From the NCBI GenBank assembly GCA_964535575.1, contig CAZHTC010000003.1:112640-176639 (forward strand): 64,000 nucleotides of DNA. The letters are read 5' to 3'. The stretch comes from an uncultured Bifidobacteriaceae bacterium (GTDB taxonomy: Bacteria; Bacteroidota; Bacteroidia; UKL13-3). Each line of letters begins with the position of its first letter. The stretch's first letter is position 1. The notes under the pieces were generated by a model. That model made no database searches and had not been told where the DNA came from. It saw only the letters and a list, made by a program, of their open reading frames with translations. Position numbers and translations under genes: made by a program. Positions 37,626 through 47,605 of the stretch are shown here, one piece after another.

Positions 37626-39164
37626 ATGACAGACAGGAGAGTTAGAGTACGTTTTGCCCCAAGCCCCACAGGCCCACTGCATATTGGCGGAGTGCGCACT
37701 GCATTATATAATTATTTATTTGCCCGCAAACACGGAGGTGACTTTATTCTTCGTATTGAAGATACTGACCAAACACGTTATGTGCCGGGAGCCGAAAGTT
37801 ACATTATAGAAGCCCTGAAATGGGTAGGCATTGAACCTAATGAAGGTGTGGGATTTGGCGATGGGCCATATGCCCCATATCGTCAAAGTGAACGCAAGCA
37901 TTTGTACCGCGAATATGCTGATAAATTACTTTCTTCGGGTCATGCCTATTACGCTTTTGATACAGCGGAGGAATTGGACGCTATGCGTGAACGGTTAAAA
38001 GCATCCAATATAGCTTCGCAATACGATGCCATCACCCGGATGGCGATGAAAAATTCACTTACTCTCAGTGAAGATGAAGTAACCAAACGCTTAAGCAGTG
38101 GGGAACCCTATGTTATCCGAATAAAACTTCCGAAAAAGGAAGAAGTGAAATTTCAGGATATGATACGCGGATGGGTGAGTGTAAGTACTTCTCAAATGGA
38201 CGATAAGGTACTGTACAAAAGTGACGGAATGCCTACCTACCATTTGGCAAATGTGGTTGATGATTACCTGATGCAAACCACTCATGTGATTCGCGGGGAA
38301 GAGTGGCTGCCAAGTGCACCTTTGCATGTATTGCTTTATCGTTATCTTGGATGGGAAGAGGTAATGCCTCAGTTTGCCCATTTACCACTTTTGCTAAAAC
38401 CTGAAGGAAACGGCAAATTAAGTAAACGTGATGGCGACCGACTGGGCTTTCCGGTTTTTCCGCTTGAATGGAAAGACCCTTCAACAGGAGAGATTTCATC
38501 AGGATACCGCGAAACAGGTTATTTTAGCGAAGCAGTTGTAAATATGTTGGCTTTGTTGGGTTGGAACGGAGGCACTACGCAAGAAGTATTCACCAAAGAG
38601 GAACTCATACAGGCATTTTCAATAGAGCGGGTTAGTAAACACGGGGCTAAATTTGATCAAAACAAAGCACGATGGTTCAACCAGCAATACCTTCGTCAAC
38701 GCAATAATAACGATATAGCCCTACGACTTAAACCGGTTTTGCTGGCACAAAATGTACAAGCCGATGATGAATACATAGCAAAAGTTTGCGGGCTGATGAA
38801 GGAGAAAGTAAATTTTCCGAAAGAAATCTGGGAATTGGGCTCCTACTTTTTTGTTGAACCACAAAAATTTGATGAGGAGGTAGCGAAGAAAAGATGGAAG
38901 GATTTTGTTCCGGCTTTCATCAGCAATTTGAAAGAGAAATTTAATCAATCAGCCATATTTACAGCGGCTGAAACTGAGAAATTATTTAATGAAACACTTA
39001 CCGAACAAAATCTTCAAAGCAAAGATGTGTTGCAGGTTTTCCGATTGAGTGTTACGGGTGTGGGGGCAGGGGCTCCTGTTTTTGAAACGGTGGAGTTGCT
39101 TGGAAAAGATCGGGTGGTGAACCGAATGGAACGTGCATTAAATGAAATTCAGATTCATGCGTAA
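37626..39164 (+). CDS. gltX: Glutamyl-tRNA synthetase
   Basis: RFAPSPTGPLHIGGVRTALYNYLFA contains the HIGH motif. KLSKRDG is the KMSKS motif. Confidence 0.95.
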   Translation: MTDRRVRVRFAPSPTGPLHIGGVRTALYNYLFARKHGGDFILRIEDTDQTRYVPGAESYIIEALKWVGIEPNEGVGFGDGPYAPYRQSERKHLYREYADKLLSSGHAYYAFDTAEELDAMRERLKASNIASQYDAITRMAMKNSLTLSEDEVTKRLSSGEPYVIRIKLPKKEEVKFQDMIRGWVSVSTSQMDDKVLYKSDGMPTYHLANVVDDYLMQTTHVIRGEEWLPSAPLHVLLYRYLGWEEVMPQFAHLPLLLKPEGNGKLSKRDGDRLGFPVFPLEWKDPSTGEISSGYRETGYFSEAVVNMLALLGWNGGTTQEVFTKEELIQAFSIERVSKHGAKFDQNKARWFNQQYLRQRNNNDIALRLKPVLLAQNVQADDEYIAKVCGLMKEKVNFPKEIWELGSYFFVEPQKFDEEVAKKRWKDFVPAFISNLKEKFNQSAIFTAAETEKLFNETLTEQNLQSKDVLQVFRLSVTGVGAGAPVFETVELLGKDRVVNRMERALNEIQIHA

Positions 39165-39681
39165 TAAGGGATTGTTTTTGTTTCTGATCACCTTGTTAAG
39201 TGCTTGCTCGCTGGCAAAATTTGATCGTTTTCCCGGAGTAAAATTAAATGAAATTCCGGGCGAATTTCAGGGTTATTACAAGCAGGTAGTTCCTGAAAAA
39301 TTACTTGACAGGGAAGATTCAACCGGATTACGGATTGGCTCTACCTGGTGGGAAATGGTAAAGCCCGAGGGCACCACGCGCACCAATATGGGCGATAGCG
39401 TAATTTTAAGTCAGTACAATGGACATTATTTTATTTCTGTCACCAACTCATATGTTAAGTATTGGTATGTATTTGTTGCTGAACCTGACGGGAGGGGAAC
39501 CATTACAACCCGTCCGATTGTAGCCAATGGACGTAAATTGCCTTTACGAAAATACATGGAGCGAATGCCGGTAAATGACAGCGATATTGTTTACAAAATG
39601 AATGAGGAGCAATTGCTCAGATATTATGTAAAGGTTATCAGAAAACGTCAAGGGATTGAAATTAAAAAAGTAAGCCAATGA
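39157..39681 (+). CDS. Hypothetical lipoprotein
   Basis: Lipobox LLSAC. There is no recognisable domain. ATGA overlap with the downstream gene. Confidence 0.4.
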   Translation: MRNKGLFLFLITLLSACSLAKFDRFPGVKLNEIPGEFQGYYKQVVPEKLLDREDSTGLRIGSTWWEMVKPEGTTRTNMGDSVILSQYNGHYFISVTNSYVKYWYVFVAEPDGRGTITTRPIVANGRKLPLRKYMERMPVNDSDIVYKMNEEQLLRYYVKVIRKRQGIEIKKVSQ

Positions 39682-40085
39682 ACCGACCCATACGTGTTTT
39701 AGTAGCCAAGGTAGGACTAGATGGTCACGACCGCGGGGCAAAGGTAATTGCCACCGCTTTGCGCGATGCGGGAATGGAAGTAATTTATACAGGCCTGCGG
39801 CAAACCCCAGAAATGGTGGTAAATGCAGCTTTGCAGGAAGATGTTGATGCTATTGGGATAAGTATTTTATCAGGGGCACACAATACGGTTTTCCCTAAAG
39901 TGCTCGATTTGATGAAGCAAAGGCAATTAGATGACGTATTATTGACCGGTGGAGGAATTATTCCGGACGAGGATATGGAAGAATTGAGCAAATCAGGTGT
40001 GGGTAAGTTATTTGCTCCGGGAGCCAATACCCATGAAATTGCGGATTATATACGCGAATGGGTGACTGTGCACAGAAAGTTCTGA
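39678..40085 (+). CDS. Stand-alone cobalamin-binding domain protein (methylmalonyl-CoA mutase C-terminal domain-like)
   Basis: [33 protein letters not shown]...[12 protein letters not shown] is a B12-binding Rossmann domain with the DxHxxG motif. Confidence 0.8.
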   Translation: MNRPIRVLVAKVGLDGHDRGAKVIATALRDAGMEVIYTGLRQTPEMVVNAALQEDVDAIGISILSGAHNTVFPKVLDLMKQRQLDDVLLTGGGIIPDEDMEELSKSGVGKLFAPGANTHEIADYIREWVTVHRKF

Positions 40086-40150
40086 TTTTATTTTCTTTTT
40101 TATTGCGCTTACTCTAAAGTTGCGCTGATTTTTAACAAACTTCCATTCAA

Positions 40151-40942
40151 ATGAGCACACAAACCATGTACGAAACAATTTTAACAGAAATCCGAAATCA
40201 GATTTTTTATGTTACCATTAACAGAGAAAGTCGGATGAATGCACTCAATATTCAAACGCTGACCGATATAAAAAATGCGGTGCTAAGTATTTATGATAAT
40301 GCAGGGGTAAAAGGTGTAATTATTACCGGATCAGGGCCAAAAGCATTTGCAGCAGGTGCTGATATTGCCGAGTTCGCTAATTTTACCGTTGAAAAGGGAA
40401 CCCGTATGAGCGAAGAAGGCCATGCTGTACTAAATGCCCTGGAGAATTGCCCTAAACCTGTTATTGCAGCTGTAAACGGATTTGCTTTAGGAGGAGGTTG
40501 CGAACTGGCTATGGCCTGCCATATGCGCGTGGCTTCTGAAAATGCCAAATTTGGCCAACCAGAAGTAAACCTTGGTATCACTCCGGGTTATGCCGGAACC
40601 CAACGCCTCACGTTGCTGGTGGGTAAAGGTCGCGCAATGGAATTATTAATGACTGGTGATATTATTGATGCGAAAGAGGCGCATCGCATTGGTTTGGTAA
40701 ATCATGTAGTACCATTGGATCAGTTGATAACCAAAAGTGAAGAGATTATTGCCAAAATAGCGGCAAAAGCTCCATTGGCAATTGCCAGCGTGATTAAATG
40801 TGTAAATGCATTTTTCGAAAAAAGAGTAGATGGAAATAATCTCGAAATAAATGAATTCGGACATTTCTTCGGCACTCAGGATTTTATTGAAGGCACCACT
40901 GCGTTTCTCGAAAAACGGAAGGCCAATTTTCAGGGGAAATAA
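40151..40942 (+). CDS. Enoyl-CoA hydratase/isomerase (crotonase) family protein
   Basis: AFAAGADIAEF...VIAAVNGFALGGGCELAMACHMRVAS is the crotonase-fold oxyanion hole. Confidence 0.85.
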   Translation: MSTQTMYETILTEIRNQIFYVTINRESRMNALNIQTLTDIKNAVLSIYDNAGVKGVIITGSGPKAFAAGADIAEFANFTVEKGTRMSEEGHAVLNALENCPKPVIAAVNGFALGGGCELAMACHMRVASENAKFGQPEVNLGITPGYAGTQRLTLLVGKGRAMELLMTGDIIDAKEAHRIGLVNHVVPLDQLITKSEEIIAKIAAKAPLAIASVIKCVNAFFEKRVDGNNLEINEFGHFFGTQDFIEGTTAFLEKRKANFQGK

Positions 40943-41015
40943 ATTTACTCTCCTATAAAACTAAAACAGCCCGACATGTGTTTGTGCCGGGCTGTTTTAG
41001 TTTTATAGCATCAAG

Positions 41016-41927
41016 TTATACTGCCAGTAAAATTTTCCAGGCTTCGGATACTTTACCTTCATCCAGATACTTTTTAGCAAGCATATGAGCCCGATGTTCA
41101 ATTTGTTCATGAGGAATTTGTTCCCTGAGTAAAGAGGCAAGTTCAAGATTTATTTTTTTGTAAATTTCAACATCATCCCTGTCTGGCAATACCTCAACAT
41201 TGCCAAGTTGCCCCAGATTATTCCCGGTTAAAAAATGGCTGTAGCGAATTCGTTCGGGTATCCGGTCAACGCCCATGCCTTTTGTTCGTAAAGGTTTTTC
41301 TACTTCAAATAAAGCAGATCCAGAGGCACGGCAATACCAATCGCCACCCAGCCGGGCCACCAGATCAATTTTGTGCTGATTAATATGTCCGCGTTCATCA
41401 AGTACGCTTTCGTTGACATGCATGCGCAGCAGTTCGCAAATAATCAGGTTCCCGGCTCCGGGGGTATGCCCAAGTTCAATAACCTGTTTCACCTTGCACT
41501 CCATTTGCACAGGAGATTCTTTAACCCGATACGGTTTAATTAATTCGGAAGGAATGGGTGTAAGTCCGGCTTTTTCAAATTCATTCACTCCTTTTTCATA
41601 TTCGGTACTGCTGAGGGAACATTGTTGAACCAAATCGTAGTTTACCACATTAATTACCACCTCAGCCACTTCATAAACGTTTTCTAGGGTATGTTTAATG
41701 GTATTATCGCGCACTCTGCGGGCCGGAGAAAAAACAAAAACCGGTGGGTTGGTGCTGAACATATTGAAAAAGCTAAACGGGCTTAGATTGGGGATTCCGT
41801 TTTTATCAATGGTGCTGGCAAAACAAATTGGACGTGGGGCAATAGCTGTTTGCAGCAATGTTTGCAATTCAGCTACCGGAATTTCCTTCGGATCAATGCT
41901 TCTTATGGGTTTGTGTTGCGTTTCCAT
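41016..41927 (-). CDS. Flavin-reductase-like domain protein (hypothetical)
   Basis: The N-terminal half resembles a flavin reductase-like FMN-binding split barrel. The C-terminal half is helical. Low-confidence call. Confidence 0.4.
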   Translation of the reverse strand: METQHKPIRSIDPKEIPVAELQTLLQTAIAPRPICFASTIDKNGIPNLSPFSFFNMFSTNPPVFVFSPARRVRDNTIKHTLENVYEVAEVVINVVNYDLVQQCSLSSTEYEKGVNEFEKAGLTPIPSELIKPYRVKESPVQMECKVKQVIELGHTPGAGNLIICELLRMHVNESVLDERGHINQHKIDLVARLGGDWYCRASGSALFEVEKPLRTKGMGVDRIPERIRYSHFLTGNNLGQLGNVEVLPDRDDVEIYKKINLELASLLREQIPHEQIEHRAHMLAKKYLDEGKVSEAWKILLAV

Positions 41928-41939
41928 ACACGTGATGTT

Positions 41940-43232
41940 TTACGATGCAATAATCAGAAAATAATTCTTTTTACCCTTTTGTACCAGCAGGTATTTACCA
42001 TTAATCAGTTGCGAACGGGTTACCGGCAATTCGGTGTCTCCAATTTTGAATTTATTAATACTTACTCCTCCTCCCTGAATCATTTTTCGGGCTTCTCCTT
42101 TTGAAGGGAAAATTTTGGTTTTTTCAGCAAGTAAATCAATGATGGGAATGCCATTTTCTATAACCGAAAGGGGTACCTCAAACTGAGGTAATCCGTCAAA
42201 AATATCAAGTAAGGTAGATTCGTTAAAAACTTTTAAGGCTTCGGTGGTGGCATTACCGAATAAAATATTTGTGGCTTCTACCGCCAATTTATATTCATGT
42301 TCGCCATGCACCCTTGTGGTAATCTCGGCCGCTAAGGCTTTTTGCATGGTACGCAGATGCGGGGCTGCATCCTGTTCGGTTTCCATTGCTTCAATTTCTT
42401 CCTTTGATTTAAGGGAAAAAATGCGCATATATGTTTTAATATCGGCATCGCTCGCATTGAGCCAGAACTGATAAAACCGGTAAGGGGAAGTTTTTTTAGG
42501 ATCGAGCCATATATTGCCGCTTTCTGTTTTTCCGAATTTCGTTCCGTCAGCTTTTTTTATAAGAGGAGTGGTAAGGGCAAACGCATCTTCACTGCTGCTT
42601 TTTCGTCTCAGTAATTCAGTACCGGTTACAATATTTCCCCATTGGTCGCTTCCGCCCATTTGTAGTCGTACTCCGTGATGGTGGTACAGGTAGTAAAAAT
42701 CGTATCCCTGCACCAGCTGATAGCTGAATTCGGTAAACGACATTCCGTTTTCAAGCCTGTTTTTTACCGAATCCTTTGCAAGCATATAATTAATGGAAAT
42801 ATGCTTGCCTACCTCTCTGATAAAATCTAAAAATTTAAATTCCTTAAACCAGTCATAGTTATTTACTATCAGGGCAGCGTTTTCTCCGCAGTTAAAGTCG
42901 AGAAATTTTTCCAGTTGTTTTTTCTGTGAACTTAGGTTGTGTTGAAGTAATTCCTCAGAAAGGAGGTTTCTTTCGGCACTTTTGCCTGAGGGGTCACCTA
43001 CCATTCCGGTTGCCCCCCCCACAAGTGCCACGGGTTTATGCCCTGCTCGCTGAAAATGGAGCAGGGTCATTATCTGTACCAGATTTCCCACCCCCAGTGA
43101 GTCAGAAGTGGGGTCGAACCCGATATATCCGGTACACATGCCTTTATTAAGCATATCCTCGGTGCCCGGTACCATATCGTGGAGCATTCCTCTCCAGCGT
43201 AATTCTTCTATGAAATTTTTCACCTTATTCAT
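41940..43232 (-). CDS. tyrS: Tyrosyl-tRNA synthetase
   Basis: [17 protein letters not shown] (HIGH region), KFGKTESG (KMSKS) and a C-terminal S4-like domain. The ATG at 43232 is preferred over the upstream TTG. Confidence 0.93.
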   Translation of the reverse strand: MNKVKNFIEELRWRGMLHDMVPGTEDMLNKGMCTGYIGFDPTSDSLGVGNLVQIMTLLHFQRAGHKPVALVGGATGMVGDPSGKSAERNLLSEELLQHNLSSQKKQLEKFLDFNCGENAALIVNNYDWFKEFKFLDFIREVGKHISINYMLAKDSVKNRLENGMSFTEFSYQLVQGYDFYYLYHHHGVRLQMGGSDQWGNIVTGTELLRRKSSSEDAFALTTPLIKKADGTKFGKTESGNIWLDPKKTSPYRFYQFWLNASDADIKTYMRIFSLKSKEEIEAMETEQDAAPHLRTMQKALAAEITTRVHGEHEYKLAVEATNILFGNATTEALKVFNESTLLDIFDGLPQFEVPLSVIENGIPIIDLLAEKTKIFPSKGEARKMIQGGGVSINKFKIGDTELPVTRSQLINGKYLLVQKGKKNYFLIIAS

Positions 43233-43337
43233 ACCGGGCAAAGATAGGTTTTAACCCTTATGCGATGAAACAGAAAACAAAGAATATTTATGCCACTTGT
43301 TTCGTTCTATAAATAATAATATTGAAGCCCTTGTGGT

Positions 43338-43697
43338 CTATTCGTCTTTCTTTAAATCCCTGAACTGATGCTTTACCTTATGCCACCACTCCATGCCGTG
43401 GGTTTGTTTAAGGTAACTTATCATGGTTTTATTATAGATATTGATGCCGTTGTTCTCGCCTATAGAAGGAATTTTGCCCGTTTTTTCAAAGGTAAAACCA
43501 AAGGCTTTGGCAAGAGAATCCCTTCCGGTATCGGCAGGCGGATTACCAAATTCAATTATCCGTATCTTACCTTTATCCTGATCTATCATTGCAGTAATGT
43601 AATTGTACCGGCAAAAAAAGCCAAGGTAGTAGGCCATATACCCAAATACCCCCAAAATAATAATGGTGATAAAATGAGCGGGCTTTATTTTATTCAT
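43338..43697 (-). CDS. Hypothetical membrane-anchored protein
   Basis: Single N-terminal transmembrane helix. No recognisable motif. Confidence 0.35.
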   Translation of the reverse strand: MNKIKPAHFITIIILGVFGYMAYYLGFFCRYNYITAMIDQDKGKIRIIEFGNPPADTGRDSLAKAFGFTFEKTGKIPSIGENNGINIYNKTMISYLKQTHGMEWWHKVKHQFRDLKKDE

Positions 43698-44347
43698 ATG
43701 AAGTAATTATTCAGGTCAAAGTAACATACTTTTTTTCAAATTGCGACAGTTACTCCTATATATATAAGGTAAAACAGCAGTTTTTCATTGCTGATTCTGC
43801 GGGTTTCACTCCGAAATACCTTTGTTCTGGGTGTATTTTCATTGCAGAAGTTGAATCCTGACCCGTTTTTCCCTGTCGATAACTGGTGTTTTTAGAGGGA
43901 AAAGAGGGTTTTTAAAGAAAAAAACAACTTTTTTTAGTTGGGCGTATAGGCTGTTGCCAATGAAAATTCTGCGCGGTAAAGCGAATTTACCAATGAAAAA
44001 AATATGCAGACAAAATATGCAGAAATAAGTTTTTACGAAAGAATCGTTTGCGTATTATCAATTCGCTGAAACTATTGAAAACACAGGCTTCTTCAAGGAT
44101 TTGCAAAAAGGCTATTGTTTGTTTGTTTTCGCAATTCATCAATGGAAAAACAGGCTAAAAAATCACATTTAGCAGGGAAAATAGCCTTAATTAAACCAAT
44201 TCTCATTGGATATTGCAATAGGGGAGTGTACGATTTTAATAACATTTATTTTAAGAAATGTGGAAACTGTTTTGTTGCAACCGCTATGAAATTTGCAATG
44301 AAGATGTATTTTTGACTATCAGATCAACTGAATAAAAGTTTAAACCC

Positions 44348-44746
44348 ATGGCAAAAAAAGTAGTAAAAGCAAAAAAAGCTGCTAAAAAAGCAGCTCCAAA
44401 AAAGGCTGCTAAAAAAGCAGCTCCAAAAAAGGCTGCTAAAAAAGCGGCTCCAAAGAAAGCAGCTAAGAAAGCAGCTCCTAAAAAGAAAACTGCAAGAAAA
44501 CCAAACGCAGCTTTCATGGCTCCATTAACTCCAAGCGCTACGCTTGCTGATGTAATCGGAACCAAAGCCCTTCCAAGGACTGAGATCGTTAAACAAATTT
44601 GGAACTACATTAAGAAAAACGGTCTTCAGGACAAGAAGAACAGAAGAATGATTAATGCCGATGCAAAACTGAAAGTTCTTTTCGGTGGCAAAGGACAGAT
44701 TTCTATGTTCGAGCTTGCTAAGATTGTTTCTAAGCATGTAAAGTAA
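44348..44746 (+). CDS. Histone-H1-like Lys/Ala-rich protein fused to a SWIB/MDM2 domain
   Basis: The N-terminus has (AAKKAAPKK)x4. The C-terminus VKQIWNYIKKNGLQDKKNRRMINADAKLKVLFG is a SWIB fold. Confidence 0.8.
   Translation: MAKKVVKAKKAAKKAAPKKAAKKAAPKKAAKKAAPKKAAKKAAPKKKTARKPNAAFMAPLTPSATLADVIGTKALPRTEIVKQIWNYIKKNGLQDKKNRRMINADAKLKVLFGGKGQISMFELAKIVSKHVK
44372..44479 (+). repeat. Four tandem 27-nt coding repeats (aaaaaggctgctaaaaaagcagctcca) inside the H1-like gene
   Basis: Directly visible. Copies 1-3 are near-identical and copy 4 is diverged. Confidence 0.9.
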
Positions 44747-44765
44747 TTTAGCATTTCATGCAATA

Positions 44766-44796
44766 AAGAGAGGGCAGCAATGCCCTTTCTTTATTT
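44766..44796 (+). terminator. Putative terminator after the H1-like gene
   Basis: agagggca-gcaa-tgcccttt imperfect hairpin followed by CTTTATTT. Confidence 0.4.
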
Positions 44797-44840
44797 ACAG
44801 CGATTTCTATAACCGGGATAATACCTATCTTTACTGCTTC

Positions 44841-45515
44841 ATGAATTTTATTGCGCATTATCATTTTACTCATAAACCCGGCAATGCTTACCATAATCTG
44901 GGTATAGTTTTGCCCGACCTTACCCGTAATTTTATTCCCTCAAAGCGAATTAAACCCGAAACGCTGCGCAGCATATTGGAATTAGATGCTCATCACCAGC
45001 TGAACGAAGGGGCAAGGCAGCATTATGCCCTCGACCGATTTTTCCATAATTCGCCCTTTTTTATAAATGGATATACTTTTGTCAAAAACTGTACAGCGAA
45101 TGCTCAATTTGATGATACCTTCAGCAGGTACTTTTTCCTGAACCATATTTTTCTGGAATTAATGCTCGACCGATACATTATAAGTCGGCACACGCCATCT
45201 ATTGATGGGTTTTATCAGTCTTTAACAGAGGTAGAGAGCGAAGTTTTGGGAAGCTATCTTGATTTGAACGGTATAGAAACCAAAGAATTATTTCTTGAAC
45301 GCTTTCATCAATTCAGGGAAATACGATATTTGTATCATTACACCGATAATGAAAAGCTGATTTATTCGTTAAACCGGATAATGATGCAGGTGGGGCTTTA
45401 CGGACTTAGTGCCAATAATCAGCAACAGTTATTACCGTGTATTGCAGAGACAGAATTATGGATTGATTCAGAATTTCCTTCTTTGCTGCAGCAATTCAGT
45501 GAACATAATTTATAA
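44841..45515 (+). CDS. Acyl carrier protein phosphodiesterase-like (AcpH family)
   Basis: The N-terminus MNFIAHYHFTHKPG resembles E. coli AcpH MNFLAHLHLAH. The size is similar. Confidence 0.5.
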   Translation: MNFIAHYHFTHKPGNAYHNLGIVLPDLTRNFIPSKRIKPETLRSILELDAHHQLNEGARQHYALDRFFHNSPFFINGYTFVKNCTANAQFDDTFSRYFFLNHIFLELMLDRYIISRHTPSIDGFYQSLTEVESEVLGSYLDLNGIETKELFLERFHQFREIRYLYHYTDNEKLIYSLNRIMMQVGLYGLSANNQQQLLPCIAETELWIDSEFPSLLQQFSEHNL

Positions 45516-46600
45516 TGAAGAAAAATATTTTTGCCTTTGTTTTACTGCTTACCGCCCATTGGGCTTACAGCCAAAAGTACAGCAATGAGTTTATGAATAT
45601 AGGAGTGGGTGCAAGGGCTTTTGGGATGGGCGGGGCGGTTATAGCCACCACAAACGATGTAACTTCCGGCTACTGGAATCCGGCCGGGTTGTTACAAATA
45701 ACAGACAATATGCAATTATCCCTGATGCATGCCGAGTATTTTGCCGGTATTGCCAATTATGATTACGGGGCCATCGGATTTAAAAACGGAGATAAAAGCG
45801 CTATGGGATTTTCTATTGTGCGCTTTGGGATAGATGATATCCCCAATACCATCGACTTATATAAAAACGGACAGATTAATTACAACAATATTAAAAGTTT
45901 TTCGGCTGTTGATTATGCCTTTATGGGATCATATGCCCGCAAAACCAAAATAGAAGGATTGATATTGGCAGGGAATGCCAAAATTATCAGACGTAAGGTT
46001 GGATCTTTTGCCAGTGCCTGGGGCTTTGGGCTCGATTTTGGGGCACAGTACACCCGCAAGAAATGGCATTTTGGCGCCATGCTGCGCGATGTAACTTCTA
46101 CTTTTAATGCCTGGACTTACACGTTTACCAATGACGAGAAACAGGTACTTCAGGCTACGGGCAATGCCATTCCTTCCAATACACTTGAAGTAACCCGCCC
46201 GCGCATTATACTTGCTGCCGGAAGGAAATTTGAAGTTTATAAAAAAATTAGCTGTCTGGCAGAAACCAATTTCAATTTTACCACCGATGGGCAGCGGAAT
46301 GTTTTGGTGAGCAGTACCATCTTTAATATGGATGCTGTGGCCGGAGTAGAATTTGCCTGGGACAATTTTGTTTTTTTACGCGGGGGAGCAAGTAATTTTC
46401 AGCACCAAACCGATATTAACGGGAAGCGGAGATTGCACTTTCAGCCCAGCGTGGGAGCAGGTTTGCGCTTTAAGGGCCTCACTATCGATTACGCATTTAC
46501 CACCATCACCGGGCAATCATCGGCCTTGTATTCCAATATATTCTCTCTTAAACTGGGCATCAATAAATCGGCTGCCCCTGCAACGAACACGGCACAGTAA
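45515..46600 (+). CDS. FadL/TodX-family outer-membrane beta-barrel protein (PorV-like)
   Basis: Signal peptide. NEFMNIGVGARAFGMGGAVIATTNDVTSGYWNPAGL parallels the FadL N-terminus [31 protein letters not shown]. The protein ends ...FSLKLGINKSAAPATNTAQ, with a barrel-type terminal strand FSLKLGI preceding a short tail. Confidence 0.5.
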   Translation: MKKNIFAFVLLLTAHWAYSQKYSNEFMNIGVGARAFGMGGAVIATTNDVTSGYWNPAGLLQITDNMQLSLMHAEYFAGIANYDYGAIGFKNGDKSAMGFSIVRFGIDDIPNTIDLYKNGQINYNNIKSFSAVDYAFMGSYARKTKIEGLILAGNAKIIRRKVGSFASAWGFGLDFGAQYTRKKWHFGAMLRDVTSTFNAWTYTFTNDEKQVLQATGNAIPSNTLEVTRPRIILAAGRKFEVYKKISCLAETNFNFTTDGQRNVLVSSTIFNMDAVAGVEFAWDNFVFLRGGASNFQHQTDINGKRRLHFQPSVGAGLRFKGLTIDYAFTTITGQSSALYSNIFSLKLGINKSAAPATNTAQ

Positions 46601-46621
46601 TCTTTCGTATATTTGCCCCTT

Positions 46622-47575
46622 ATGAAGATTGTTGACATCATCCGTAACAGTAAAGGAACTGAGTTTTCATTTGAAATTTTACCTCCTCTTAAAGGGAAGG
46701 GGATTAAATCTATTTTTGAAGGGATTGACCCATTGATGGAGTTTAATCCGCGCTTTATAGATGTAACCTATCATCGGGAAGAGTATGTGCTTCGCAAAAG
46801 GGCTGACGGTGGGTTTGATAAGGTTTCAACCCGTAAGCGTCCGGGAACGGTAGCTATTTGTGCGGCTATTATGAATAAGTACAAGGTAGAAGCGGTGCCG
46901 CACCTTATTTGCGGAGGATTTACCAAAGAAGAAACCGAAAACGCCTTGATTGATTTAAACTTTTTGGGTATTCAAAATGTGTTGTTATTGCGGGGCGACA
47001 GCATTAAATCGGAGCCCAATTTTGTACCCGAACCTGACGGAAACCGCAATTCCCTTGATTTAATTCATCAGGTAGTGAACCTTAATAACGGCATTTACCT
47101 CGATGATGAACTTGCCGGTGCTAATGCTACCGATTTTTGTATTGGGGTGGCTGCTTACCCCGAAAAACATTTTGAAGCACCCAATATGCTCTCCGATTTG
47201 AATTTTTTAAAACGTAAGGCAGAATCAGGAGCTAATTACATCGTAACTCAGATGTTTTTTAATAACAGCAAATTTTTTGAGTTTACCGAACAATGCAAAA
47301 AAATGGGGATTAATATTCCGATTATTCCGGGTATAAAACCAATTACCAAAAAAAATCAGCTCACTGTTTTGCCTAAAATTTTCCATATTGATATTCCATT
47401 CGAACTATCGGATGCAATAGAGAAATGCAAGGATGATAAAGCGGTTCGTCAGGTAGGAATTGAATGGGCAATTCAGCAATCCAAAGAGCTAAAGGATGCA
47501 GGAGTGCCGGTATTGCATTATTATACTATGGGATTGAGCGAGGCTACCAAACAAATTGTAACCGCAGTTTTTTAA
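46622..47575 (+). CDS. metF: 5,10-methylenetetrahydrofolate reductase
   Basis: FSFEILPP...FIDVTYH...PHLIC...LLLRGD...AAYPEKH...GANYIVTQMFF...IIPGI is collinear with MetF. An alternative ATG lies at 46613. Confidence 0.9.
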   Translation: MKIVDIIRNSKGTEFSFEILPPLKGKGIKSIFEGIDPLMEFNPRFIDVTYHREEYVLRKRADGGFDKVSTRKRPGTVAICAAIMNKYKVEAVPHLICGGFTKEETENALIDLNFLGIQNVLLLRGDSIKSEPNFVPEPDGNRNSLDLIHQVVNLNNGIYLDDELAGANATDFCIGVAAYPEKHFEAPNMLSDLNFLKRKAESGANYIVTQMFFNNSKFFEFTEQCKKMGINIPIIPGIKPITKKNQLTVLPKIFHIDIPFELSDAIEKCKDDKAVRQVGIEWAIQQSKELKDAGVPVLHYYTMGLSEATKQIVTAVF

Positions 47576-47605
47576 CAGAATCAATCAAGCAGTAATGCAT
47601 ATATC

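Noticed and set aside
44284-44737. Minus-strand ORFs 44284..44565 and 44525..44737 antisense to the H1-like gene
   Set aside because: They are artefacts of the Ala/Lys repeat coding tract (the antisense reads FLAAFFGAAF repeats). The plus-strand H1/SWIB frame has the conserved SWIB domain.
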